Shown here in pieces: positions 9,053 through 19,407 of a stretch of DNA of 64,000 nt. Each line of letters begins with the position of its first letter. Position 1 is the stretch's first letter. The notes under the pieces are model-generated. The model was given only the letters and a program-made list of their open reading frames with translations. It had not been told where the DNA came from and searched no databases. The translations under genes and the position numbers were made by a program. The stretch comes from Acidobacteriota bacterium. GTDB lineage: Bacteria > Acidobacteriota > UBA6911 > RPQK01 > JAJDTT01. The stretch lies in NCBI GenBank assembly GCA_965263035.1, contig OZ253580.1, positions 4,416,001-4,480,000 of the forward strand. The letters run 5' to 3'.

Positions 9053-10271
9053 GTACCCAATAACATGTAATTGTTCGTATACTATGGTGGGAGGCTGGAG
9101 GACTCGGAAGGAGGAGTTCTCATGGCACCACGCTATCGTGTCACGCTCACTGTGGAAGAGCGCTCAGAATTGAAGGCCTTGACCCGGGCCGCGACCAAGA
9201 CCACCGGCAAGCGGTTCCTGTACGCGCGGGCTCTGTTGTTGTGCGACCGCGGGCCGGAAGGGCCGGGATGGACCGTGGCCCGGGTGGCCGAGGCGCTGGG
9301 CGTCTCGGCCCGCACGATCGAGCACTTGAAACGGCGGTTTGTGGAGCAGGGTTTGGAGTTCGCCTTGGAGCGCAAGCGGCGGGTGCGGCCGCCGCGGAAA
9401 GTGATCTTCGACGGCGCGTTCGAGGCTCGCCTGGTCGCCTTGGCCTGCTCCCCGGCCCCGCCAGGACGGAAGCGCTGGACCCTGCGCCTGCTGGCGGAGA
9501 AAGTAGTGGAACTGGGCTGGGTCGAGCGGGTGTCGGTGATGACGGTGCAGCGGACGCTAAAAAAAACCAACTGCAGCCTCATCGGAAGAAGTATTGGCGG
9601 ATCCCGCCCCGGGGCAGCGCCGCATTCGTAGCCTGCATGGAGGACGTTTTAGAAGTCTATGCCCGTCCGTACGACCCCCGTCGTCCGGTGGTCTGCATGG
9701 ACGAGACCAACAAGCAGTTGATCGGAGAAGTGCGGGAGCCTTTGCCGGTCGCGCCCGGCCAGCCGGAGCGAGTCGAGCATGAGTATGTGCGCAACGGGGT
9801 CGCGCAGATCTTCCTGGAGGTGGAGCCACTGACCGGCCGCTGCCATGTGGAGGCGACCGAGCGGCGCACGCGACAGGATTGGGCCCGGTGGATCGAGGGC
9901 ATGTTGGAGAGGCGATACCCGGAGGCCGAGCGGGTGGTCCTGGTCTTGGACAACCTGAACCCGCACGGAATCGAATCGCTGTACGCGACCTACGAGCCTC
10001 GACACGCTCGCCAACTGGCACAACGACTGGAAATCCACTACACGCCGAAGCACGGCAGTTGGCTCAACATTGCAGAAATCGAATTGAGCGCGCTGTGCGG
10101 ACAATGCCTGGACCGCCGGATTCCAAGCCTGGCCGGGATGCAACGTGAGATCGGGGCTTGGGTTGCGGATCGGAACCAACGGCAAACCGAGATCGACTGG
10201 CAGTTCAAGACGGAGGATGCACGGATCAAGCTGAAGAGCCTGTATCCACAACTTTAAGTGTTACGGGGTAC
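9053..10271 (+). mobile_element. IS630 family insertion sequence
   Basis: Imperfect terminal inverted repeats GTACCCAATAACA / TGTTACGGGGTAC, flanked by TA at 9051-9052 and 10272-10273; encodes a DDE transposase. Confidence 0.92.
9122..10257 (+). CDS. IS630 transposase (two overlapping ORFs joined by a -1 frameshift)
   Basis: HTH ORF from ATG 9122 and DDE ORF (CMDET, LVLDNL, WLNIAEIE) in the -1 frame; A8 run at 9559-9566 at the junction. Confidence 0.88.
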
Positions 10272-10458
10272 TAGTGATAATCTTTCAGGTCTACCTTGAC
10301 GGCGTCTCCCGCATCGAATCTGAAGGTAATCCTCCAGTTCTTCGTCACGGTCATTGCCCACTCACCCTTTCGATTGCCCTCCATTGGGGGTTGATCCTCC
10401 GGTAGTTTCCGTCTTCAAATGCCCTCCTGAGAACCTTGGAAGCGAACCCCTTGATCAC
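10271..10458 (-). pseudogene. higB: HigB/RelE-type 'killer' toxin with internal deletion and frameshift
   Basis: From GTG 10458: MIKGFASKVLRRAFEDGNYRRINPQW. In another frame: GNRKGEWAMTVTKNWRITFRFDAGDAVKVDLKDYH*. Span is 188 bp (not a multiple of 3) and the central part is missing. Confidence 0.85.
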
Positions 10459-10464
10459 AAAAGA

Positions 10465-10487
10465 AGTGTAACATTGAATGTTACACT
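10465..10487. promoter_or_regulatory. perfect palindrome, likely HigA operator
   Basis: AGTGTAACATT-G-AATGTTACACT (11-bp arms) a few bases upstream of the higB start. Confidence 0.75.
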
Positions 10488-10824
10488 ACAGCCGCCATCA
10501 CCGGTGACGGTGGTCCGAAAGAGGATCAAGACCTGGTTACGGAATAGCCCACAATGATCGAGCGCTTGCGGAGGCGGGAACAAGCACTGGAACCGCTCGA
10601 ATGGACGGGGCGGGAAGAGGATTCAACTCCATGTCGGCAGGACTGGATCTGGCCACGGGCCAATCCATTCTCGACAAGTTGGAACGCTTGTCTACTCGTA
10701 TTTCCGGGACAGTACACCAGGACGCTTTTTGTTTCGCCTCCGATGGAGCTGGGAATCGGCGCCGAGTCGGGAGAGTTGCCAAGAATCTCTGCAGCATGCA
10801 TTCTGTCCGCGGGAGGATAACCGG

Positions 10825-12369
10825 ATGAGATCGTTTCGTTTCCTGGGGTTTCTGTTGCTGGGGCTCAGTCTTGTGGCGCCGAGTGTCGTGTGGGCGGGGT
10901 CGAGCAATGACTCTCTTCCCCGGGAGATCGGTTCTCGCCGGGAGCTATTCGTCGACCATTTTCTGATCGACCGCCTGCAGGGGGTTCGACTGCAGTTGCA
11001 CGAACCGCGACCCGCCGAGCAGGTGATCCGCATCGATCGTCCCTGGGAAAACGAGTTCAACTACGGCTACAAGGTCTTTCAGGAGGGAGGGATCTACCAC
11101 CTCTTCTATCTGGCCCGGACCACCCTACCGTCGGAGCAGAGATTCCGCCGCGCCATCAGCTACGCCCGGAGCCGGGACGGCATCCACTGGGAGAAGCCGA
11201 ACCTGGGACTGGTGGAGGTGGACGGCAGCCGTGAGAACAACGTGATCATGCTGGGGCGGCTGGTCCCCTTCGTGGACAACCGGCCGGGCGTGCCGGCCGA
11301 TCGCCGCATCAAGGCCACCAGCTCCCAGTACCGGGACCGGCCCGAGTGGAAGAACGAGCATCCCCTGGACGGGAGGAAGTATGTGGACCTGTTCCTGTAC
11401 GAGTCCTCCGACGGGGTGGATTTCCGGAAGGTTCAGGAAGATCCGGTCTTCATCACCACGCTCCCCAACGGCTTCGACGGCATTCAATCCATCTTCTGGT
11501 CCGAATCCGAGGGGAAGTATGTTCTCTACTTCCGATTCATGACCGCCAACGTCCGGCCCCGAAAACGCTCCGTGGCCCGGAGCACATCCCCGGATCTCCT
11601 GAGTTGGACCGATCCCGTCCCCATGGAGTACACCACGGGAGGCATCGTCCCGCCCGAACATCTCTATGAGCACCAGACGGTTTCGTATTTTCGGGCCCCC
11701 CATATCTACGTGGCCTTCCCGCCGCGGTTCATGTATGGCCGCTCCGCGCTCACCAAGGAGCGGGCCAAGGCCGCCGGCGTTGTCTCGGACGCCACCCAAC
11801 CCAATAATCCGGACTGGCTGAGCCACGACTGCGCGGACGCCGCCTTCATGACCTCCCGGGGGGGCACGCTCTACGACCGCACCTTCATGGGCGTCTTCGT
11901 CCGCCCGGGACCGGACACCCTCAACTGGGTGTCCCGCACCAACTATCCGCTTCAGGGCGTGGTCCGGACGGGTCCGGCCGAGATGTCCATCTACGCGGGC
12001 CGGCACTACGGGCATCCCTCGTGGCACATCCAGCGGCTGACCCTGCGGTTGGACGGGTTCGCTTCCGTCAACGCGCCCTACGCCGGCGGGGAGATGCTGA
12101 CGAAGCCCCTGAAGTTTTCGGGGAACCGGCTGGAGATCAACTACTCCACCTCGGCCGCGGGGGGTTTGAGAGTGGAGATTCAAGACACCGAGGGGAAGCC
12201 GATACCCGGGTTCTCGCTTGCGGAGTGTCCCGAGATCATTGGAGACGAGATTGCCCGGGACGTGTCGTGGGACGGGGGTAGCGACGTGGGCCGTCTGGCC
12301 GGAACCGCCGTTCGGCTCCGCTTCGTGATGAAGGATGCGGACCTCTACTCCATCCGTTTCTACGAGTGA
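10825..12369 (+). CDS. secreted beta-propeller glycoside-hydrolase-like protein, paralog 3 (divergent)
   Basis: GGGAGG upstream of ATG 10825; signal peptide; IGSRRELFVD, YARSRDGIHWEKPNLG, FDG.Q, LRLDGFAS shared with paralogs 1 and 2. Confidence 0.75.
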   Translation: MRSFRFLGFLLLGLSLVAPSVVWAGSSNDSLPREIGSRRELFVDHFLIDRLQGVRLQLHEPRPAEQVIRIDRPWENEFNYGYKVFQEGGIYHLFYLARTTLPSEQRFRRAISYARSRDGIHWEKPNLGLVEVDGSRENNVIMLGRLVPFVDNRPGVPADRRIKATSSQYRDRPEWKNEHPLDGRKYVDLFLYESSDGVDFRKVQEDPVFITTLPNGFDGIQSIFWSESEGKYVLYFRFMTANVRPRKRSVARSTSPDLLSWTDPVPMEYTTGGIVPPEHLYEHQTVSYFRAPHIYVAFPPRFMYGRSALTKERAKAAGVVSDATQPNNPDWLSHDCADAAFMTSRGGTLYDRTFMGVFVRPGPDTLNWVSRTNYPLQGVVRTGPAEMSIYAGRHYGHPSWHIQRLTLRLDGFASVNAPYAGGEMLTKPLKFSGNRLEINYSTSAAGGLRVEIQDTEGKPIPGFSLAECPEIIGDEIARDVSWDGGSDVGRLAGTAVRLRFVMKDADLYSIRFYE

Positions 12370-12418
12370 CGCCGAGGACTGAAGAACGGGCGATGCGGGG
12401 CTTCGCTACGGACTTCCG

Positions 12419-15400
12419 TCAGTCCTCCAGCATGTCTCCAGCTTGGATATAGGCGATGAGGTCCGCCATCTCCTGCGGGTCGATGTTCTCTTCCAGACCC
12501 TCGGGCATGAGCGAAACCTGGGACGCACGGATTTCGGAGATGCGGGCCCTCAGAATCGTCTCCTCCTCTCCGGGGCCGCTGCGCAACGTCAGGCTTCCGG
12601 GACCCTCCGCCGCCAGGACGCCGCCGTAGACCAGACCCTCTCGGGTGGTCACGATGTAGTTCTGGAACAGGCCCAGGATCTGGGCGTTGGGATTCAGAAT
12701 CGCCTGGAGCAACTCCTCCCGGGTGTGCCCCTGCACCCCGACGCGAAGATCCGGGCCCACCGCGTCCCCTTCCTGGGGTTGGTGACAACGGGCGCACTCC
12801 CGTTCGAAGACCTGCTCTCCCCGCTCCGAGTCGGCGGCCAGGTCTAGAACTTTCCGGTAGTGCTGTACCACGCGGTCCCTCTCGTCCGGGGAGTCGGGCT
12901 GAAACCAGGCCAGGGCCCGGTTTCGAATCGCTTCGTCCGGGTGCTGGGCCAGCAGGACCCGGTGGTCCTGCTCCAACGCCGCTGTCTCCACGGTCCCCCG
13001 CTCCAGCGCGTCCAGCAGCCGGGACGCCCGTCCGAGGTGGGCGATCAGCGCGTGAAGGGCCGGTCTCCGCTCGCGGGGAGAGAGGGTGCTCCAGCGGGAG
13101 AGAATCAGGTCGCCGACCTCCACGTCGCCGTATCCTCCCAGGAGCCGAAGAACCTCGGAACGCAGGGCGGAATCGGAAACGGAATCCAAAAAGTGTCCGA
13201 AAATGGGACGCGCGTCCCGAAATCGGACACTTGCCAGGGTGCGGACGGCCTGTATCCGCTGCTGGGGCGAGGCGCTTGGGTCCAATGCCTGCCGACGGGC
13301 CTGAGCTCGGAGCCGCGGCATCCGGAAGTGCCGGGACACACGAGCCGCCGCCGTACGGACGCGGGTCGAACCATTTTCCAATAGTTGCCGGAGCGCGGTT
13401 CGGGCGCCTGCCGGATCCAGGCCGGCGACCCTTCCCATTTCCAGACCCTGAGCCAGTCCGTCGAGTCCGGCTCCCTGCCAGGCCTCGTCCGCCAAACCGG
13501 GAGATCGAAAAACCAGTTCCAGGATTCGCCTGATCTCCGTGGGCCGTTGACGGGCACCGATCACGGCCGCGAATTCCTCCAGGAATTCTTCCCTCTGCTT
13601 CCGATCCGCTGCTCCGAAGAAGTCCAGGTTCAGGAGATGTTCTACAAGATCCGGCGAGGACCCGGCCTCCGAGCTCAGGATGGCCGCCCGAAAGCCAGGT
13701 GTCAGGCTCTGGTGCAGAGCCAACCGGGACAGGGCCCGGGTGACGGCTTTGCCCTGGAACCGGCCCAGACTCAGAGCCAGTTGGAACCCGACCCGCGGCT
13801 CCTCTCCCACCGTCATTGCCAGCAGTCTCGGGAGCAGTCGGGGAAACTCCTCAGCCATCCGGACGGCATGCTCCCGCACCCCTGGGATCGAGTCCTTCAG
13901 CGCCAGGGTCAGGGTTTCGGAATCCAGTGCGGAGAGCCCCTCCAAGGCATTCAACGCGTGCAAGCGGCCCTTGGCGGATGTTCCCTGGCGAACGGTGTGC
14001 TTCAGTTCCGTGACGGCCGAGTTCTCCTGACGCTGGACCAGCAGGCGCTGAGCCGTGAGTCTCCACCAGCGGTTTGGATGGGAGAGAAGCCGAACCAGGC
14101 TCCGGGGGTCCTTTCCGGTCAGGGACGGCTTTACGGGAGCCGGAGCCGGATCGCGGGCGGAGGCGACCCGATAGATTCGGCCACGGCCGGTCCCGGCATA
14201 GAAGTCCAGATCCCGCTTGATGGGCTCCGGGATCGACTCGGGATCCTCCACCAGTTTTCGATAGATGTCCACGATGTAGAGGTTCCCGTCCCAGCCGGTG
14301 GTGAACTGAACGGGCCGGAACCAGGGATCGGTAGAGGACAGGAACTCCCGCTGCCGTTCATCCGGCGCGCGGCTGGCCACGAAGCTGATGCCGCTCGGCG
14401 CCAGCAGATCCCGGTGAACCAGATTCCCGGCGACTCCTCCCGTAAAAAGGCTTCCCCGGTAGGACGGCGGAAGCCGGTCGCCCGAATAGACGGTGCCCCC
14501 CGTCGCGCCGGTGAAGTACCCGTGGACTTGTCCGGTGCGCCCCAGGCCCATCTGATCGGAACGCTCCTGTCTCACCCGGGTTCGGAGTTCGCGCCACTTC
14601 TCGGGTGGCGTCCGGGAGTAGATGCGGCGGTCATGGTCCGAGACGTCCCGGATGATCTCAGCGGGTGCCGCCAGGTAGGGGTTTCTCTCCAAATAGCGGC
14701 GGGGCAGGAGCACGTGCAGGACGTGGGTTCCGGTCCGCGTAACGAAGCGGTGGCCCCAATCGTCGAAGGTCTGGCCGAAGCGGGCGGCTCCCGAAGCCGC
14801 TTCGAAAACGCCCCGGCCGGGGCGGAACCGGAAATCGGTTCCCAGGACCGAGATCGAGTCGGCCCCGGGCCGGTCCGGAGATCTGACCCGTCCCGGATGT
14901 CCGTCGTTCGAGACGTAGATCCAGTTGTCCAGGGAGTAGCGAAGGTTGCTGACCCGCCCCTGAGGCTGACCCACTTCGAAGCCGGTAAACAGGACTCGCC
15001 GTTCATCCGCGCGGAGGTCGCCGTCCGTGTCCTTGAAGAAGAGGAGGTCCGGCGCCGCGGAGGCAATGACGCCTCCATCCCACAAGGCCAAGCCTTTGAG
15101 TTGGAGAATCCCGTCGGCGAAGACCACCGAGTGGTCCACTCTACCGTCGCCGTCCCGATCTTCCAGGACCCGGATCCGGCTCCGAGGCGGCTGCCCCGGT
15201 GGAGGGTCGTAGGGGTAGTCCAGCATCTCGGCCACGAAGGCTCTCCCCTCCTCGTCGAAGACCAGGTCCACCGGGTCCCGCACATACGGTTCGGCGGCAA
15301 AGATCTCTATCCGGACGTCACCGGGGTGCTGAAAACCGGCCAGCGACTCCTCCGGTGAGAGCGGACCGGTTTCGTTACTCTCGCCGCAGCCGTAGAGGAA

Positions 15401-15433
15401 CAGCAGTCCGAGCAGGAGACGAGACCATCGCAT
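12419..15433 (-). CDS. PVC-type heme-binding membrane-bound dehydrogenase (beta-propeller, HEAT-like repeats, C-terminal cytochrome c)
   Basis: Lipoprotein-like signal LYGC; FAAEP..DPV...FDEEGR..VAEMLDYP; WFRPV; C-terminal CARCH...VGPDL...SLMPEG. Confidence 0.87.
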   Translation of the reverse strand: MRWSRLLLGLLFLYGCGESNETGPLSPEESLAGFQHPGDVRIEIFAAEPYVRDPVDLVFDEEGRAFVAEMLDYPYDPPPGQPPRSRIRVLEDRDGDGRVDHSVVFADGILQLKGLALWDGGVIASAAPDLLFFKDTDGDLRADERRVLFTGFEVGQPQGRVSNLRYSLDNWIYVSNDGHPGRVRSPDRPGADSISVLGTDFRFRPGRGVFEAASGAARFGQTFDDWGHRFVTRTGTHVLHVLLPRRYLERNPYLAAPAEIIRDVSDHDRRIYSRTPPEKWRELRTRVRQERSDQMGLGRTGQVHGYFTGATGGTVYSGDRLPPSYRGSLFTGGVAGNLVHRDLLAPSGISFVASRAPDERQREFLSSTDPWFRPVQFTTGWDGNLYIVDIYRKLVEDPESIPEPIKRDLDFYAGTGRGRIYRVASARDPAPAPVKPSLTGKDPRSLVRLLSHPNRWWRLTAQRLLVQRQENSAVTELKHTVRQGTSAKGRLHALNALEGLSALDSETLTLALKDSIPGVREHAVRMAEEFPRLLPRLLAMTVGEEPRVGFQLALSLGRFQGKAVTRALSRLALHQSLTPGFRAAILSSEAGSSPDLVEHLLNLDFFGAADRKQREEFLEEFAAVIGARQRPTEIRRILELVFRSPGLADEAWQGAGLDGLAQGLEMGRVAGLDPAGARTALRQLLENGSTRVRTAAARVSRHFRMPRLRAQARRQALDPSASPQQRIQAVRTLASVRFRDARPIFGHFLDSVSDSALRSEVLRLLGGYGDVEVGDLILSRWSTLSPRERRPALHALIAHLGRASRLLDALERGTVETAALEQDHRVLLAQHPDEAIRNRALAWFQPDSPDERDRVVQHYRKVLDLAADSERGEQVFERECARCHQPQEGDAVGPDLRVGVQGHTREELLQAILNPNAQILGLFQNYIVTTREGLVYGGVLAAEGPGSLTLRSGPGEEETILRARISEIRASQVSLMPEGLEENIDPQEMADLIAYIQAGDMLED

Positions 15434-15531
15434 GGCCGCTGATTCTCTCCCGCGGAAGTCGGCTTCGGCAACAGCCGGGAGGCCACGAGATTCCTGGGAT
15501 GCCGGCGGATCGATTCTGATAGGGTGAACCC

Positions 15532-15978
15532 ATGGTCAGAAGCGCTGCCGCCACGGTCGAGGAGTACTTGCAAGAGCTTGTCCCGGACCGCCGGGAGGAG
15601 ATTCAGGCGGTGAGGGAGTTGGTCTTGGACAACCTGCCGCCAGGTTATGTCGAGACCATGAACTGGGGGATGATCACTTATGAGATTCCCTTGGAGCGTT
15701 ATCCCGAGACGTACAACAAGCAGCCCCTCATGTACGCTGCTCTGGCCTCTCAGAAACGGTACATGTCCCTCTACCTGATGTGCGTCTACAGCCACCGGGA
15801 ATCCAGGATCCGGTTCGAGGAGAGGTTCAAGGCAAGCGGGAAAAAACTCAACATGGGCAAGTCGTGCGTCCGCTTCAGGCGGGTGGAAGACCTGCCTCCG
15901 GACCTCATTGCCGAGACCGTCGCCGGCACCTCGGTGGACGACTACATCAAGTTCTATGAGGCGTCCCGCAGGCGGTAG
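15532..15978 (+). CDS. DUF1801 domain-containing protein
   Basis: TVEEYL...[16 protein letters not shown]...[11 protein letters not shown]...MGKSCVRF. Confidence 0.85.
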   Translation: MVRSAAATVEEYLQELVPDRREEIQAVRELVLDNLPPGYVETMNWGMITYEIPLERYPETYNKQPLMYAALASQKRYMSLYLMCVYSHRESRIRFEERFKASGKKLNMGKSCVRFRRVEDLPPDLIAETVAGTSVDDYIKFYEASRRR

Positions 15979-16163
15979 AAGGACGCCGCCTGGAACTCTG
16001 CTCCGGAACCCCGGACGGCTCCGGTTGGCTGACTTTCTGCTATTCTAACTACCCTTGGGAAAGGGTCGTCGCACCCTGGACGCCGGGTTCAATGCCGTTC
16101 GGGACGTTCATTCCCGGGCTTCCGGCGATCGATATCAGATTTGACGGAAGGGAATCCAGACTC

Positions 16164-17597
<1,434 letters not shown>

Positions 17598-17831
17598 GGC
17601 GGAGTCGCGGCAGCGGTCCCTCCCCTCTTTGTCGGAATGCCCTGACACCACGCCACGATTCGCTGGCGCCCGCATCGAAGCGAAGGCCGCATGGTGCTTG
17701 CAGCCGGTTCTGAACCGTTCGGAGTCGGCACGGCGAACGATAGACGATGACCTGGGTACAGGACTCGTATCCTTTGGCCTGCGTGAAACGGAAGGCATGT
17801 TTCATCCCACCACCCGAAAGGGAGCCTGTCA

Positions 17832-18986
17832 TTGAGCGAATATCAGTATTACGAGTTTCAAGCCATCGACCGGCCACTCGGTGAGGCGGACATTCGGGCC
17901 CTGGGAGGGCTGTCGACACGGGCGCGGATCACCGCCACGAGCTTCGTCAATCACTACAACTGGGGCGACTTCGGCGGCGATCCCGAAAATATGATGGAGC
18001 GCTGGTTCGACCTGCATCTCTATCTCGCCAATTGGGGGACGAGGCGGCTCATGATCCGAATGCCCAAGCGGTTCCTGGACCGTTCGCGGTTGAAGGTCTT
18101 CCTGCGTGAGGTCGACGGGGTCCAGGTCCGGATTTCGGGAAGGAATCTGATCGTCGACATCTGGTCCGAAGACGAGGAGCGTGAATACGACCATTTGGAC
18201 GACGGCCCCGGCTTGCTTGGCGCGATGGCGCCGTTGCGCTCCGACCTGCTCTCGGGCGATCTGAGGCTCTTCTACCTCCTCTGGTTGACGGCGGTAGAAG
18301 CCGGAGACCTGGAGGATGACGAAAAGGAGCCGCTGCCGGGCATCGGTCCCCTCACCGGTTCGCTCGAAGCGTTCGCCGATTTCTTCCATATCGATCCGGA
18401 CCTGGTGCAAGTCGCCGCCGAGGCCCCCCTGAACGCGGATCTCGGAAAGGTATCCGCGGCCGCGCGCCGCAGGGCCGTCGAGGCCATCCCCCACGCGGAG
18501 AAAACAGCGCTTCTCCGGCGCCTCGTCGATGCCGATCCCCATGTGATGGTCGAAGTCCAGCGCAGGGTTCGTGAGGCGGTCACATTGCCGGCAGGCGAGC
18601 CGCAAGCCAGGCGCCGGACGGTTGCGGACCTGCGCGACCGCGCGGAGGAGATTCGCGAGGCGCGTCGGGTCGCGACGGCCAAACGGGTGGAGGCCGAACG
18701 ACGCCGGCAGGCGGAAGAGGCCGAGCGGGCGCGGCGTGCACGAATCAAAGCCGTCAGGCAACGGGGGGAGAGTGTCTGGGGCGAGATCGAAACGGAGATC
18801 GAAAGACGTAACCCCAGCGGCTACGATCGGGCGGTCGGCTTGATCTTCGACCTCCGGGCACTGGCCGAAGAGGATGGTACGACGGAGGAGTTCTCGAAAC
18901 GGGTCCGATCCATCTGCGACCGGCATGCACGCAAGTGGAGTTTCCTCGAACGACTGGCGGGACTTGCCCTCGACGACCGGACATAA
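17832..18986 (+). CDS. conserved hypothetical protein (MSEYQYYEFxAIDRPL family)
   Basis: TTG start after AAGGGAG; recognisable N-terminus MSEYQYYEFQAIDRPL...YNWGDF...YLANWG; helical C-terminus. Confidence 0.8.
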   Translation: MSEYQYYEFQAIDRPLGEADIRALGGLSTRARITATSFVNHYNWGDFGGDPENMMERWFDLHLYLANWGTRRLMIRMPKRFLDRSRLKVFLREVDGVQVRISGRNLIVDIWSEDEEREYDHLDDGPGLLGAMAPLRSDLLSGDLRLFYLLWLTAVEAGDLEDDEKEPLPGIGPLTGSLEAFADFFHIDPDLVQVAAEAPLNADLGKVSAAARRRAVEAIPHAEKTALLRRLVDADPHVMVEVQRRVREAVTLPAGEPQARRRTVADLRDRAEEIREARRVATAKRVEAERRRQAEEAERARRARIKAVRQRGESVWGEIETEIERRNPSGYDRAVGLIFDLRALAEEDGTTEEFSKRVRSICDRHARKWSFLERLAGLALDDRT

Positions 18987-19067
18987 AAGTTGCCGACGCG
19001 TTCGACCGGGTTTGTGATCCGTTGGACGGTAACGCCGGGCGACCACAAGGGTTCGGCCCTACGAGAC

Positions 19068-19304
19068 GTGCCAAAGGGCTTGGAGGTCTGGCTCATGAAA
19101 GAAGATCGAGAGCGTCAATCCGCCGGGCGGCGAAAGACCGTTGCCGAGTGGGTCCCCCAAGCGCTACGAAAGGCCGGGCCTGGCCAAGCCGGGACGGTCG
19201 AAGCCAAACTGCGAGCGGTGGCTGAAGCAGCGCGAAACGAGTTTCCCACCGGCGACATTGACGTCATGCTGCTTGAGATCGGAGCCGGGCAAGGCCTCGA
19301 GTGA
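19068..19304 (+). CDS. VapB13-like (RHH) antitoxin, possibly degenerate
   Basis: MPKGLEVWL...TVAEWV..ALR...KLRAVAEAARNEFPTGDIDVMLLEI resembles mycobacterial VapB13 as recalled (TVSEWVRR...[25 protein letters not shown]). Confidence 0.65.
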   Translation: MPKGLEVWLMKEDRERQSAGRRKTVAEWVPQALRKAGPGQAGTVEAKLRAVAEAARNEFPTGDIDVMLLEIGAGQGLE

Positions 19305-19407
19305 CCTCCACCGAGTCCAAGGTCCCCCACGCATGGCCGCCGCAGCCCGTGCAGAAACGGAGCGCGCCCTTCAAATGGTTGAGGCATGTGGCCGCGACGG
19401 CTCCTAG
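19301..19407 (+). pseudogene. possible VapC (PIN) 5' relic
   Basis: GTGA overlap with the antitoxin stop; MTSTESKVP then (frameshifted) ETERALQMVE weakly echoes a PIN N-terminus (DSNVPMY...K.RA..LLE); cut off by the convergent gene. Confidence 0.35.

Noticed and set aside
10500-10824. Short ORFs (for example 10554-10820, MIERLRRREQALEPLEWTGREE)
   Set aside because: May be a gene relic, but I cannot support a family or reading frame.
13385-15358. Long antisense ORFs (also 23512-25467, 36569-38425, 57992-59671 and others)
   Set aside because: Shadow frames opposite well-supported genes, expected in GC-rich DNA.
15979-16163. SAH riboswitch upstream of ahcY
   Set aside because: Only a loose AAGGGTCGTCGCA...CCGGGCTTCC resemblance, and I could not find the pseudoknot partner near the RBS. 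Needs cmsearch.
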